Origin: an uncultured archaeon
GTDB lineage: Archaea; Aenigmatarchaeota; Aenigmatarchaeia; CG10238-14; CAZWBF01
Reading direction: 5' to 3'
DNA: 41,481 bases
Assembly: GCA_964632185.1 (NCBI GenBank)
Contig: CAZWBF010000003.1
Coordinates: forward strand, 1-41,481
This document shows, piece by piece, positions 18,204 to 27,562 of this stretch (the first letter of the stretch is position 1; each line of letters begins with the position of its first letter). Under the pieces are notes generated by a model. It was not told where the DNA came from, did no database searches, and was given only the letters and a program-made list of their open reading frames with translations. The position numbers and the translations under genes are program-made.

Positions 18204-19463
18204 TCATTTTGACGACCATTCTTTAAGAAAACTTTCTATTTCTTTTATTTTGTTAATATCGTTTTTAATGTAAGAATCGACAAAATTTTTTAATTCTCTT
18301 CGTAAAACAATAGTATTACTTTGAAGGGCGCATGGATCACATCCTTTCATAATTATATTCTTTTTCACATTTTCCCTAACGCCATTCATAAAATCTCCAA
18401 ACCATATTTCTCTTAAAGATTCATTTTTTACATTTATTGGTTCCTCTCTTGTAACGAAAGATGCACATCTACCTACTCTGCCATCCGGGTTTATTAACAT
18501 ACTATACCATGGTTCATAGCATCTGTAATTAAAAAAAGCATATTTTTTGTATTTATTCTCTTCTTTTTTAAGACTAGTCTTTATCTTTTCATCGATTTTA
18601 TCTTTAAAAGTCGAATCTAATTGTTGTAAATATGACGTTAAAGAAATTACATCTACTCTCGAATTTTTAATTTTGGGGATTAATTCTTCTACATCACTTA
18701 ATAAAGATTTGTATTCTTGCGGTGTAGGTAAGATTTTCTCTACTATTTCTTTCGTTTCTTCGTATATATGAAGAGCGTGTAAAGCTATTTGGTTTACTTT
18801 TATGTTTGATAATTTCAAAATCAAATCCTTTATTTCATTCAGATTTTTTTTGTTAACAACTATATTTATTTGGATTATCGGATTTGATAATTTAGCTTTT
18901 TCTCTAAGTGAAGTTATTAGACTAATATTCTTTATCACATTTTCTGACAGGTCAAAACCGGTAATTTCTTGGTAAGTTTTGCCCAAGCCGTGTAAACTTG
19001 TTGTGATTTGAATTGCAGCATGCTCATGACCTGCTTTATCAACTTTTTCTTTACAGGTTTTTATCAACCCATTAATTATTTCCTCCGTAAGAAGAGTCCC
19101 GTTTGTAATTATTTCCAAATCTATAACTTTAAACCCATTTTTAATTTTCTCAAGAATGGGCAAAATTAATTCTCTTCTTAATAATGGTTCCCCACCACCT
19201 AAAATACACCATTGCCTAACTCCCATTTTCACACCTTCTTCAACTACCCTTAACCACTCTTCATCAGAAATTTCATCTTCAGGCCTATACCTTTGATTCT
19301 TTCTACCAACAAAATTTGGACAAAAAATACAATTTAGATTACATCTATCTGTCGGTGTTAATATCAATTTAAAAGGTGGTTGTGGGTCATTTAAAAAAAG
19401 ATATTTGAAGAGGCGTAACGACCTTTCTAATATTAGTGCATCCCTTGCACTTATCTCATTCAT
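18204..19463 (-). CDS. radical SAM enzyme, family 1 paralog 10 (longer, with insertions)
   Basis: CNLNCIFC; ILGGGEP; ITNGTL; CYEPWYSMLINPDGRVGRC...CDPC. Its stop codon lies 1 nt from the stop of the convergent paralog 9. Confidence 0.9.
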   Translation of the reverse strand: MNEISARDALILERSLRLFKYLFLNDPQPPFKLILTPTDRCNLNCIFCPNFVGRKNQRYRPEDEISDEEWLRVVEEGVKMGVRQWCILGGGEPLLRRELILPILEKIKNGFKVIDLEIITNGTLLTEEIINGLIKTCKEKVDKAGHEHAAIQITTSLHGLGKTYQEITGFDLSENVIKNISLITSLREKAKLSNPIIQINIVVNKKNLNEIKDLILKLSNIKVNQIALHALHIYEETKEIVEKILPTPQEYKSLLSDVEELIPKIKNSRVDVISLTSYLQQLDSTFKDKIDEKIKTSLKKEENKYKKYAFFNYRCYEPWYSMLINPDGRVGRCASFVTREEPINVKNESLREIWFGDFMNGVRENVKKNIIMKGCDPCALQSNTIVLRRELKNFVDSYIKNDINKIKEIESFLKEWSSK

Positions 19464-19513
19464 TTTTATCGCTCTTACATAAATTATTCAAAATTTTGAA
19501 ATTAAAAATATTC

Positions 19514-20575
19514 TTAAGTTAATTCATTTAATTTATTTATCATCTTACTTATAGGTAATTTATAAGGACATATTTTTTCACAATTTTCAAAATTTTTATT
19601 TTTAATTTTATCTTTAAAAACTGATAACTGCCATTTAGCAAAATTCAAATACTTGTATCTTTCAGCAATTATTAATAATTTTAAGAGGTCTGCTACAGAA
19701 ACATCTTGAACACATCCTTCACAATATCTGCACATTCTGCAAAATTTAAACCCTAAAAATTTCTCAAATTTTCTGGCTATTTTTCCCTTTTCTGATTTTT
19801 TCAGTTTCCATTTTTTACTTCCAATTTTGGTAACTTCTTCTATATGTTCTTTTTTCTTCATCCCAATTATAACTGCATCAACATATTTACATGATAAAAC
19901 AAACTTTAAAGCATTTTCAGGTGTCATAAACTCACTTCCTGGTACATGGACGTTTTCATCATATTTCGGATCAACAAGTATTCCTGTAGCAAATGGGGCA
20001 GCTGCTATAAATCCAAACTTGTATTTACTTTTTAGAGCAAATATTTTCTCAGCTTTTCTATGAACAGCATTATAAAGTGTGGAAATGACATTAAACCTAT
20101 TAGTTCTTATTGCTTTTTCCAATACTTCTATTTTATGGCTGAAGATTCCAATTAAATTAATTTTTCCATTTAATTTTGCTTCTTCCAGTATGTCTATAAC
20201 ACCATTTTTGACTATGTTCTCAAAATCTTCAACAGTTTCTATCATAACTTCATATACTACGGGTTTAACTTTTAGTTTTTTTATGCTATCTTTTATATCT
20301 CTTTCCATTTCTTTTGCAGTCTTAGATTCAGATCTAGTGATGACATAAAGTTTATTTCTTACATCTTTCATAGCTCTAGAGATAAATTCTTCATCATATT
20401 CTTTACCCATATCAATAAAATTGATACCATTTTTTACTGCAAATTTTATTGTTTCTTTTGCTTTTTTCAAAGTTATTGATGGGTCTTTATTACGATTAAA
20501 AACACCTGCCCCCAAACCTATTAAGGAAAGTTTAATTTTAGAATTTCCTAATTTCTTATAAAGCATTTTCATCAA
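19514..20575 (-). CDS. aldo/keto reductase-family oxidoreductase with C-terminal 4Fe-4S binding motif (COG1453-like architecture)
   Basis: The N-terminal ~270 aa are AKR-like (LSLIGLGAG, INFIDMGKEYDEEF). The C-terminus carries CRMCRYCEGC ... CEKICP, a ferredoxin-type CxxCxxC...CP pattern. Confidence 0.7.
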   Translation of the reverse strand: MMKMLYKKLGNSKIKLSLIGLGAGVFNRNKDPSITLKKAKETIKFAVKNGINFIDMGKEYDEEFISRAMKDVRNKLYVITRSESKTAKEMERDIKDSIKKLKVKPVVYEVMIETVEDFENIVKNGVIDILEEAKLNGKINLIGIFSHKIEVLEKAIRTNRFNVISTLYNAVHRKAEKIFALKSKYKFGFIAAAPFATGILVDPKYDENVHVPGSEFMTPENALKFVLSCKYVDAVIIGMKKKEHIEEVTKIGSKKWKLKKSEKGKIARKFEKFLGFKFCRMCRYCEGCVQDVSVADLLKLLIIAERYKYLNFAKWQLSVFKDKIKNKNFENCEKICPYKLPISKMINKLNELT

Positions 20576-20632
20576 TTATTTTTTCCAAAAATTAATTAAT
20601 ATTTATTGATTTAAAAATCAAATAAGAAGTCT
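20576..20632. promoter_or_regulatory. divergent intergenic region, putative bidirectional promoter
   Basis: 57 nt between the AKR-ferredoxin gene (-) and paralog 11 (+). TTTAAAAAT lies ~16-24 nt upstream of the ATG at 20633. Confidence 0.25.
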
Positions 20633-21745
20633 ATGAAAGAAATAATTTCTAAATTATGTAATTGGGCAAAAGGAAAGAAAGCACCACCTCACAAAGTTTT
20701 AATTTATCCAACAAATAGATGCAATCTTAGATGTCCGTTTTGTTTTCAAAGACTTAATCCCTATGATTATTCAAAAGATTTACCAAAAGAAAGATGGTTG
20801 GAATTAACAAAAGAACTATGCAAAATGAAAGTTGATATTATACAAATAAGTGGTGGGGGGGAGCCTATGATGGTTCCACAAACTACTTTAGAAATGATGA
20901 GAATAATTAAGAAAAATGATGTCACGGGAAGAATTGTGACCAATGGTACATTATGGAAAGAAGATTATGTTAAAGAGGTAGTTGAAATGGGTTGGGATAA
21001 CGTTATTTTCAGTCTTGATGGTGCCACCCCTCAAGTAAACGATAAATCTAGAGGAGTGAAGGGAGCATTTAATAAAATTGTTAAAACTATAAAACTTTTT
21101 AATTGGTACAAGAAAAAATTAGGTAAAGATATACCATTTTTAGAATTGAGCACTGTAGTTTCAAAAATAAATTATTTTCAACTTGAAGAAATAATTAAAC
21201 TCGCTTCTTCTATAGGAATAAATAACATAACATTTGAACCTGTTTTTGTAAGTAATCCACAAGTTGAAAATCTTAAAGTTACTCAAAGAGAAAGAGAGTT
21301 TATAATAAGTAAAATTTCTGAATGGAAAAAAGTTGCAGAATCTTTAGGAATTACTACAAATTTAGATGCTATTTTTCAAGTGAAAGATATTGAAAAAACT
21401 GGGAAATTGAAAGAAAAGATTTTAAATATTTCGAAAATAAAAACCCAGAATCCTTTCCTCAAAATTCCTTGCTATGAGCCATGGATTTGGCCAAAAATAG
21501 AAGCTGATGGTAGAGTTGGCCCTTGTTCAACTATTTTTTTATCTGATTTTTGTAAAAAAGAGGTTGATGTTAGAGAAAAAAGTTTTAAAGAAATATGGTA
21601 TGGTGAGGAATTTAACTCTTTCAGAAAGATGATTGCAAGTGGAAATTTATTTGATGCTTGTGCTAATTGTGTATCTACACATTTATATTGGAATTTAAAA
21701 ATAAGGGAAGGACTAAAAAAGGTTTTAGAAGATGTCTCATATTGA
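20633..21745 (+). CDS. radical SAM enzyme, family 1 paralog 11
   Basis: CNLRCPFC; ISGGGEP; VTNGTL; CYEPWIWPKIEADGRVGPC...CANC. Confidence 0.9.
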   Translation: MKEIISKLCNWAKGKKAPPHKVLIYPTNRCNLRCPFCFQRLNPYDYSKDLPKERWLELTKELCKMKVDIIQISGGGEPMMVPQTTLEMMRIIKKNDVTGRIVTNGTLWKEDYVKEVVEMGWDNVIFSLDGATPQVNDKSRGVKGAFNKIVKTIKLFNWYKKKLGKDIPFLELSTVVSKINYFQLEEIIKLASSIGINNITFEPVFVSNPQVENLKVTQREREFIISKISEWKKVAESLGITTNLDAIFQVKDIEKTGKLKEKILNISKIKTQNPFLKIPCYEPWIWPKIEADGRVGPCSTIFLSDFCKKEVDVREKSFKEIWYGEEFNSFRKMIASGNLFDACANCVSTHLYWNLKIREGLKKVLEDVSY

Positions 21746-22823
21746 AGAAACAACAGAAAGAATAAAAAAATGGTTTGAAGGAAAAAAACAATATCCAACA
21801 AAGGTTGATATATTTTTTACAGAGGGTTGTAATTTAAGGTGTAAGTTCTGTAATTATTCCAAAATACCAGTGAATAAATTAAATTATGAGATGAATGAGA
21901 ATAGAATTCTAAAACTAATTAATGAAATTTGCGAAATGGATACAAAAGTATTTGGTGTTTTAGGAGGAGAACCCTTCTTGAGAAAAGACGTTTTGATGAA
22001 AAGTATGGAAAAAATTAAAGAACATGGAATAGCTGGCTCACTCGTCACTAATGGAACTTTACTTAATGAAAAAGATGTGAAAAAAATAATAGAAATGAAA
22101 TGGGATTTGATAAGATTTAGCGTAGACGGTATGGAAAAAACACATGATTATTTAAGGGGGGTGAAAGGTAGTTTTAAAAAGGTGATGAATTCTATTCAAA
22201 AATTTTATTTTTTAAAAAAGAAAATGAAGTCCAATTTTCCAACTGTAGAAGTAAATTTTGTTTTGACAAACAGAAATTATAAAGACCTACCTTTATTGAT
22301 TAAGGAACTTTCTAAATACAAAATAAATTTTATTTACATTTTACCCTTAATTGAATTAACTGAAGAAAGTAAAGAATTGAAAATTAAAGAAAAGGAAATA
22401 GAAGAAGCTAAAGCTTTTTTAGAAGAAGCGAAAAAATTAAGTGAAGAATATGAAATCAAAAGTAATTTAGAGGAAGTAATAAATAAAAATTTATTTTTGT
22501 TTTCTAATCAAATGAAAAAGATAATCTTTAAGAAAGAAAATAAGCTACCACCTTGCTTTCTTCCTTGGTATTCATTAAACATAACTTCAGATGGTTATGT
22601 TACACCTTGTGCTCAATGGCCAAAAGAGGAAGGAATAAAATTGGATGGGAATTCTTTGAAAAAAATATGGTTTGATGATTTTGAAAAAATGAGAAAAGTC
22701 ATTAAAACAAATTTACCATATTGGTGTTCGAGATGTTGTGTTCCTTTGGTCGATGAAAATAGAGAAATAAGAAAGAGGTTGGGAAATGGAGGAAAAAATA
22801 AAGAGATTAAAAAAATGGGCTGA
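21732..22823 (+). CDS. radical SAM enzyme, family 1 paralog 12
   Basis: CNLRCKFC; VLGGEP; VTNGTL; CFLPWYSLNITSDGYVTPC...CSRCC. Confidence 0.9.
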   Translation: MSHIEETTERIKKWFEGKKQYPTKVDIFFTEGCNLRCKFCNYSKIPVNKLNYEMNENRILKLINEICEMDTKVFGVLGGEPFLRKDVLMKSMEKIKEHGIAGSLVTNGTLLNEKDVKKIIEMKWDLIRFSVDGMEKTHDYLRGVKGSFKKVMNSIQKFYFLKKKMKSNFPTVEVNFVLTNRNYKDLPLLIKELSKYKINFIYILPLIELTEESKELKIKEKEIEEAKAFLEEAKKLSEEYEIKSNLEEVINKNLFLFSNQMKKIIFKKENKLPPCFLPWYSLNITSDGYVTPCAQWPKEEGIKLDGNSLKKIWFDDFEKMRKVIKTNLPYWCSRCCVPLVDENREIRKRLGNGGKNKEIKKMG

Positions 22824-23907
22824 AGGAGAGAAAACTGGCCCTCTTTCACTTGAAATATGGCCAACAAATAGATGTAATTTACATTGCATAATGTGCGGGA
22901 CATGGGCATCAAGGAGAAAGGCAGAAGAAAAGGGAATAATTTATGACCCTAAAGAAGAAATGAAAAGAGAACTTCCTGATGAAGTATGGTTAAAGATAGT
23001 AAATGAGGCCTTTAAATTGGACATAAAAGAATTTCTCATCACGGGTGGAGGAGAGCCTCTAATGAGAAAAGAATTAACATTAAAAATTATGGAAAAAATT
23101 AAAGAAAATGAAGGATATGGCACTCTAAATACAAATGGAACTCTTATAACATCTCAAGATATCCAAAAAATAATTTCTATTGGCTGGGATATGGTCATTT
23201 TCAGTATAGATGGTCCGGACAAAAATACACATGACTTTATACGTGGAGTTAATGGCACTTTTGAAAAGGTAAAGAAAGTTCTTTTTGAATTCAAAAAACA
23301 GAAAGAAAAATTAAAAACAGAAAAACCTAAGGTTGTTTTCAATACTGTTGTCCTAAGCAAAAATTTTGAAAAACTTTGCAAATTAGTGGAATTTGCTTCT
23401 TCAGTTGATTGTGAAAGTATAACTTTTATTCCACTTATAGCTTTTGATAATACAGTAAAAAAATATAAACTCAATTTAATACAAAGACTTAGATTTAATC
23501 GAAAAATTAATGAAATAGAAAATCTAGCATCAAAATTAGGAGTTCATACAAATATTCGAGAATTAAAAGAAAAACAAATTAGAGATACAGAAAAAATGGA
23601 TAAATTGGTTATGGAAAAAATTAAATCTTTTTCACGCGGCTTTAAATCTCTTCCTTGTTTTGAACCTTTCCTCCATTTATTAATAACACCAGAAGGAAGA
23701 GCGACATGTTGTTGTATGTTAGCTGGCAAAGGTATAAAAGGAAATTTTGCAGTTAGAAATTTAAAAGATGTATGGTTTGGTGAATGGTTTAGTAAATTGC
23801 GCGAACAGTTTCTCAATAGAAAAATACCGAAAGATTGCGGCACTTGTGTTTTTTCTCAATTTGTTAGAAATGAAAAATTGAGAGAAGAATTAAATAAAAT
23901 TTTATAG
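22786..23907 (+). CDS. radical SAM enzyme, family 1 paralog 13
   Basis: MEEKIKRLKKWAEGEK; CNLHCIMC; ITGGGEP; NTNGTL; CFEPFLHLLITPEGRATCCC...CGTC. GAGGT lies 7 nt upstream of the ATG. Confidence 0.9.
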   Translation: MEEKIKRLKKWAEGEKTGPLSLEIWPTNRCNLHCIMCGTWASRRKAEEKGIIYDPKEEMKRELPDEVWLKIVNEAFKLDIKEFLITGGGEPLMRKELTLKIMEKIKENEGYGTLNTNGTLITSQDIQKIISIGWDMVIFSIDGPDKNTHDFIRGVNGTFEKVKKVLFEFKKQKEKLKTEKPKVVFNTVVLSKNFEKLCKLVEFASSVDCESITFIPLIAFDNTVKKYKLNLIQRLRFNRKINEIENLASKLGVHTNIRELKEKQIRDTEKMDKLVMEKIKSFSRGFKSLPCFEPFLHLLITPEGRATCCCMLAGKGIKGNFAVRNLKDVWFGEWFSKLREQFLNRKIPKDCGTCVFSQFVRNEKLREELNKIL

Positions 23908-23916
23908 AAACTATTT

Positions 23917-24996
23917 CTATTTTTTAGAACTTAAAATGTTTCTTATTTCTTCCATCTTAGGTAAATTCCATGGATTACATTTTGCACAATCTTCTTTTAG
24001 TCTATTTTCAAGAAAACTTCTTCTAATCTTATTAAAATACTCTCCAAACCAAATTTCCTTAAGAGATTTTTGCTTAACATTCTCTCCTTTATCCTTTAAT
24101 ATAAAACATGGCAAAGTATTCCCATCAGCAAAAATTGAAATATTATACCAAGGATAATAGCAAGCTATAGAAGTAAAATCATTTTTCTTTTTTACTTTTT
24201 CAGTCATTGCGACATTCATTATATTCGCTTTTTCAACATATAAGAAATTGAGAAAATCGTCAAAATTTGTTGATAAATTTAATTTCTTGGCTAATTCTTT
24301 TGCTTCTTTTAACTTGTTTTTTAATATTACTTTTTCTTTTTTATTTAATTGCAACTTTTTGATTTCTGGCTTCCAAATATTTAAAGCTTGCAAATTAATT
24401 CCTTGAATTTCTAATTTATAGGCCAATTTGATCATCGAAGTTAATTGGTCATAGTTTTTATTACAAATGACAGAATGAAAGAAAATTTCTGGTTTGTTTA
24501 TCTTTAATTTCTTTTTCCATTTTACTAAATTATTAACTCCCTTTATAATTTTGTCATAACAATTAGCACCTCTCAAAAAATTTTGAGTTTTTTTATTGGG
24601 AGAATCTAAACTAATATAAATTTTATCCCATTCAATTTCGACTATTTTTTTTGCTATCTTGTTCGAAAAAAAAGTTCCATTAGTTATTAATTCACCATAT
24701 TTTCCAGAAATTTTAATATATTCCATTATCTCAATAGCATCATTTATAAAGAATAATGGTTCTCCACCCCCACAAATATGCCATTCTTTAGTACCAAGTC
24801 TATTTCCTTCTTCAATAACTCTTAACCACTCTTCTTTTGTCAATTCTTGATTTCTATCAAGTTTTTTAATTAAAGCTCTAGTGGGACAAAAAAAGCATTT
24901 TAAGTTGCAAAAATTCGTTAAATGAATTTGAATTTGTGTAGGATATCCTTTCTTTTTTTCTTTCCATTTTTTTAAACTTTTAATTATCTCTTCCAT
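23917..24996 (-). CDS. radical SAM enzyme, family 1 paralog 14
   Basis: CNLKCFFC; ICGGGEP; ITNGTF; CYYPWYNISIFADGNTLPC...CAKC. Confidence 0.9.
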   Translation of the reverse strand: MEEIIKSLKKWKEKKKGYPTQIQIHLTNFCNLKCFFCPTRALIKKLDRNQELTKEEWLRVIEEGNRLGTKEWHICGGGEPLFFINDAIEIMEYIKISGKYGELITNGTFFSNKIAKKIVEIEWDKIYISLDSPNKKTQNFLRGANCYDKIIKGVNNLVKWKKKLKINKPEIFFHSVICNKNYDQLTSMIKLAYKLEIQGINLQALNIWKPEIKKLQLNKKEKVILKNKLKEAKELAKKLNLSTNFDDFLNFLYVEKANIMNVAMTEKVKKKNDFTSIACYYPWYNISIFADGNTLPCFILKDKGENVKQKSLKEIWFGEYFNKIRRSFLENRLKEDCAKCNPWNLPKMEEIRNILSSKK

Positions 24997-26135
24997 TTTT
25001 TCCCTTCTAAAAATTCTTTTAATTCTTTTCTAAATCTTCTTCTTTGCGTAAAATCACTCGGCACACATTTATGACAATGACTAAAAAGTTCTTTGTTAAG
25101 CATTTTCTTTCTTGCTTCTTGAAATAATTTTCCATACCAAATTTCTTTTAAACTTTTCTTCTTTACATTTTCGCCATTCTCTACATAGCCACAATACCCA
25201 GTTTTCCCATCATACCTTATAGCAATCCTCTCCCACGGTTTAAAACATGGTGCTGAAATCAATCCATCTTCCAAATCTTCTACTTCTTTCAGAAGTAAAG
25301 GTTTCATTTCACTTGTCTTTTTTACAATTTCATCTTCTAGATTTTTATCTTGAGTTGCAAAATTGTTATCTATTTCATATTTTTCTGCTAATCTCTTAGC
25401 TTTTTCAATAATCACATGTAGCTTCTTTATTTCTTCATTATTTAACTTTAATTCTTTTCCAACTTCTGAATAAACCATTAACGGTTCGGTAAAAATGTAA
25501 GCAGCATTTAAAGAATAAGAAAGCTTTACAATTTCTGGCAAATCACGAAAATTCAGTCTGTTTATACATACATTTATATTTAGCATCGGCCTTTCAGATT
25601 TCAATTTTTTCTTCCATTTATTTAAAATTTTTATATTTTCTATCGCTTTTTTAAAACTTCCTTTTGTTTGAGTTAAATAATCGTGGATTTCTGGTTTTGA
25701 AGAATGAATGCTAAAATGTATTCTATCCCAACTCATTTCAACTAAATTTTTAAGTTGTTTTTCATTCCAAAGAGTACCATTAGTAGTCACTATGCCATAT
25801 AACCCAACTTCTTTAACTTTTTCTATTATAGGGAAAAAAAGTTTTGGGACGGCAGGAGGCTCATTTATTCCTTCTATGTTAAAAATTAATGCATTAAGCT
25901 CTTTTGCTTCTTCAACTATTTCTAACCATTTTTCTGTTGACATTTCCTTTTCTTTAGATTTTCTATTTAAAACTTCATGCTCGTTATATCTAACACAAAA
26001 AATACATTTCAAATTACATCTTTTATGTAATTCGACATCTATCTGTATCGGACCTTCTTTTTTTCCTCGATGCCATGAAGCTAGTCTTCTTATGATTTCT
26101 TTATTAATTTTTTCTTCTCTATCAAAATTGAACAT
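24984..26135 (-). CDS. radical SAM enzyme, family 1 paralog 15 (divergent SAM-binding motif)
   Basis: CNLKCIFC; IEGINEP replaces GGGEP; TTNGTL; CFKPWERIAIRYDGKTGYC...CHKC. Confidence 0.88.
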   Translation of the reverse strand: MFNFDREEKINKEIIRRLASWHRGKKEGPIQIDVELHKRCNLKCIFCVRYNEHEVLNRKSKEKEMSTEKWLEIVEEAKELNALIFNIEGINEPPAVPKLFFPIIEKVKEVGLYGIVTTNGTLWNEKQLKNLVEMSWDRIHFSIHSSKPEIHDYLTQTKGSFKKAIENIKILNKWKKKLKSERPMLNINVCINRLNFRDLPEIVKLSYSLNAAYIFTEPLMVYSEVGKELKLNNEEIKKLHVIIEKAKRLAEKYEIDNNFATQDKNLEDEIVKKTSEMKPLLLKEVEDLEDGLISAPCFKPWERIAIRYDGKTGYCGYVENGENVKKKSLKEIWYGKLFQEARKKMLNKELFSHCHKCVPSDFTQRRRFRKELKEFLEGKKWKR

Positions 26136-26142
26136 GTTATTT

Positions 26143-26409
26143 CTAAATATATTTTCTTAAAAATTTCTTAAGCTTTCCTCCAACTTTAGTTTCTGCAATC
26201 CATCTTCCGACCCTATAACTTATTGAGTTATGGATATCTTCTAATTCTTTTTTGCATTCTTCTAATTCTTTTTCTCTCGCTGCTAATTGAAGTTTTAATA
26301 AATCACTTTCTTCTTTTACACTTTCAAGAAGTTGGTCGAGAAGCTTTAACATAGATCTACGGTTTTTATTTTTCTTAATTTTTGATATTAATTTTTCTAT
26401 TTCATCCAC
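26143..26409 (-). CDS. small coiled-coil protein, homologous to the C-terminal tail of paralog 7
   Basis: 88 aa, GTG start, overlapping the stop of paralog 16 by 8 nt in a different frame. Heptad-like Leu/Glu/Lys-rich sequence ending in ELEDIHNSISYRVGRW (compare EIEKFKNSLTYKVFSIFW in paralog 7). Confidence 0.6.
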   Translation of the reverse strand: MDEIEKLISKIKKNKNRRSMLKLLDQLLESVKEESDLLKLQLAAREKELEECKKELEDIHNSISYRVGRWIAETKVGGKLKKFLRKYI

Positions 26410-27562
26410 TTATCTCACCTGTTTTTAAATAAGTCTTAAGCCCCTCTCGAATTTTTCTATTATTGAAAACTTCCCAAACACAACATTTTTTGCAATTTTC
26501 TGGAAGTTTTCTTTTTAATATTATTTTTCTAAATTTATTAAAATAATTACCGTACCACAATTCCTTTAAGGAATGATTTTTTATTGAGATATTAGTATTC
26601 CATACCCAAGGACTAAAACAAGGAGCAATATTTCCATTTGGAAGAATTGTGACATGGATCCACGGAGCATAACATGGTAAAAATTCGAAATTAGTTATCG
26701 GATTTTTTGATCTAGGATATTCTTTTTTTATGAATTTCTCCATTTCTTCCATCATTACTTCATCCATTTTTTCAGTAAAATTGATATATTTTTCATTTAA
26801 AAACTCATTATAGTTAGTCTCTATACCAAACTTCTTAGCTAGTTCAATAGACTTTTTTAATATTGGTTTAAACTCCTCAACCTCTTTTTTTGTTAATTTT
26901 AAATTTTTCATTGATTCATCAAATACAGTTAGAGGCAATAATGTCATTCCATTAATTCCAATTTTATATGCTAATCTCACTAGTTCAGGAAATTTTTTAT
27001 AATTTTCTTTTGATAAAACAGATTGTAAAATTAGTTTTGGTTTATCCGTATTTAATTTTTTCTTTATTTTTGAAAAAAGTTTTATATTTTCAATGGTAGC
27101 CTTAAAAGCTCCTTTTGTTTGTCTCACATAGTCATGGGTCTTCTCATCAGGGCCATCTATACTAAATTTTATTCTATCCCACCCTATTCTTACCATAACT
27201 TCTATATCCTTTTTTGTGAACAAGGTCCCATTAGTCACTAAATCTCCTATCATGCCATATCTTTTCATTTTTTTAAAAAGTTCTATTGTTATTTTTCTTG
27301 CAAGTGGCTCTCCACCACCAACAAAAGCAATTTCTTTAACACCAATATTTGCTGCCTCATCAATTAACTTTAAAAGTCTTTTATCTGACATTTCCTGTTT
27401 ATACCTTCTTTCCAAATCTTCTTTTTTCCATCCCCTTCTCCAACAGCTAAGACAATTCAGATTACATCTATCTGTTGGTACCAATTCTATAGTGACTGGT
27501 GCTGCTTTTTCTCCTCTTGCCCACTTAACTAATCTTTCTATTCTAGCTCTAAACAATTCCAT
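26402..27562 (-). CDS. radical SAM enzyme, family 1 paralog 16
   Basis: CNLNCLSC; FVGGGEP; VTNGTL; CYAPWIHVTILPNGNIAPC...CKKCC. Confidence 0.9.
   Translation of the reverse strand: MELFRARIERLVKWARGEKAAPVTIELVPTDRCNLNCLSCWRRGWKKEDLERRYKQEMSDKRLLKLIDEAANIGVKEIAFVGGGEPLARKITIELFKKMKRYGMIGDLVTNGTLFTKKDIEVMVRIGWDRIKFSIDGPDEKTHDYVRQTKGAFKATIENIKLFSKIKKKLNTDKPKLILQSVLSKENYKKFPELVRLAYKIGINGMTLLPLTVFDESMKNLKLTKKEVEEFKPILKKSIELAKKFGIETNYNEFLNEKYINFTEKMDEVMMEEMEKFIKKEYPRSKNPITNFEFLPCYAPWIHVTILPNGNIAPCFSPWVWNTNISIKNHSLKELWYGNYFNKFRKIILKRKLPENCKKCCVWEVFNNRKIREGLKTYLKTGEISG

Noticed and set aside
26402-26409. Programmed ribosomal frameshift joining paralog 16 to the 88-aa ORF
   Set aside because: The frames differ by one nucleotide across an 8-nt overlap, but I see no slippery heptamer or downstream structure. 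Ordinary overlapping start/stop coupling, as at many other junctions here, is the simpler reading.
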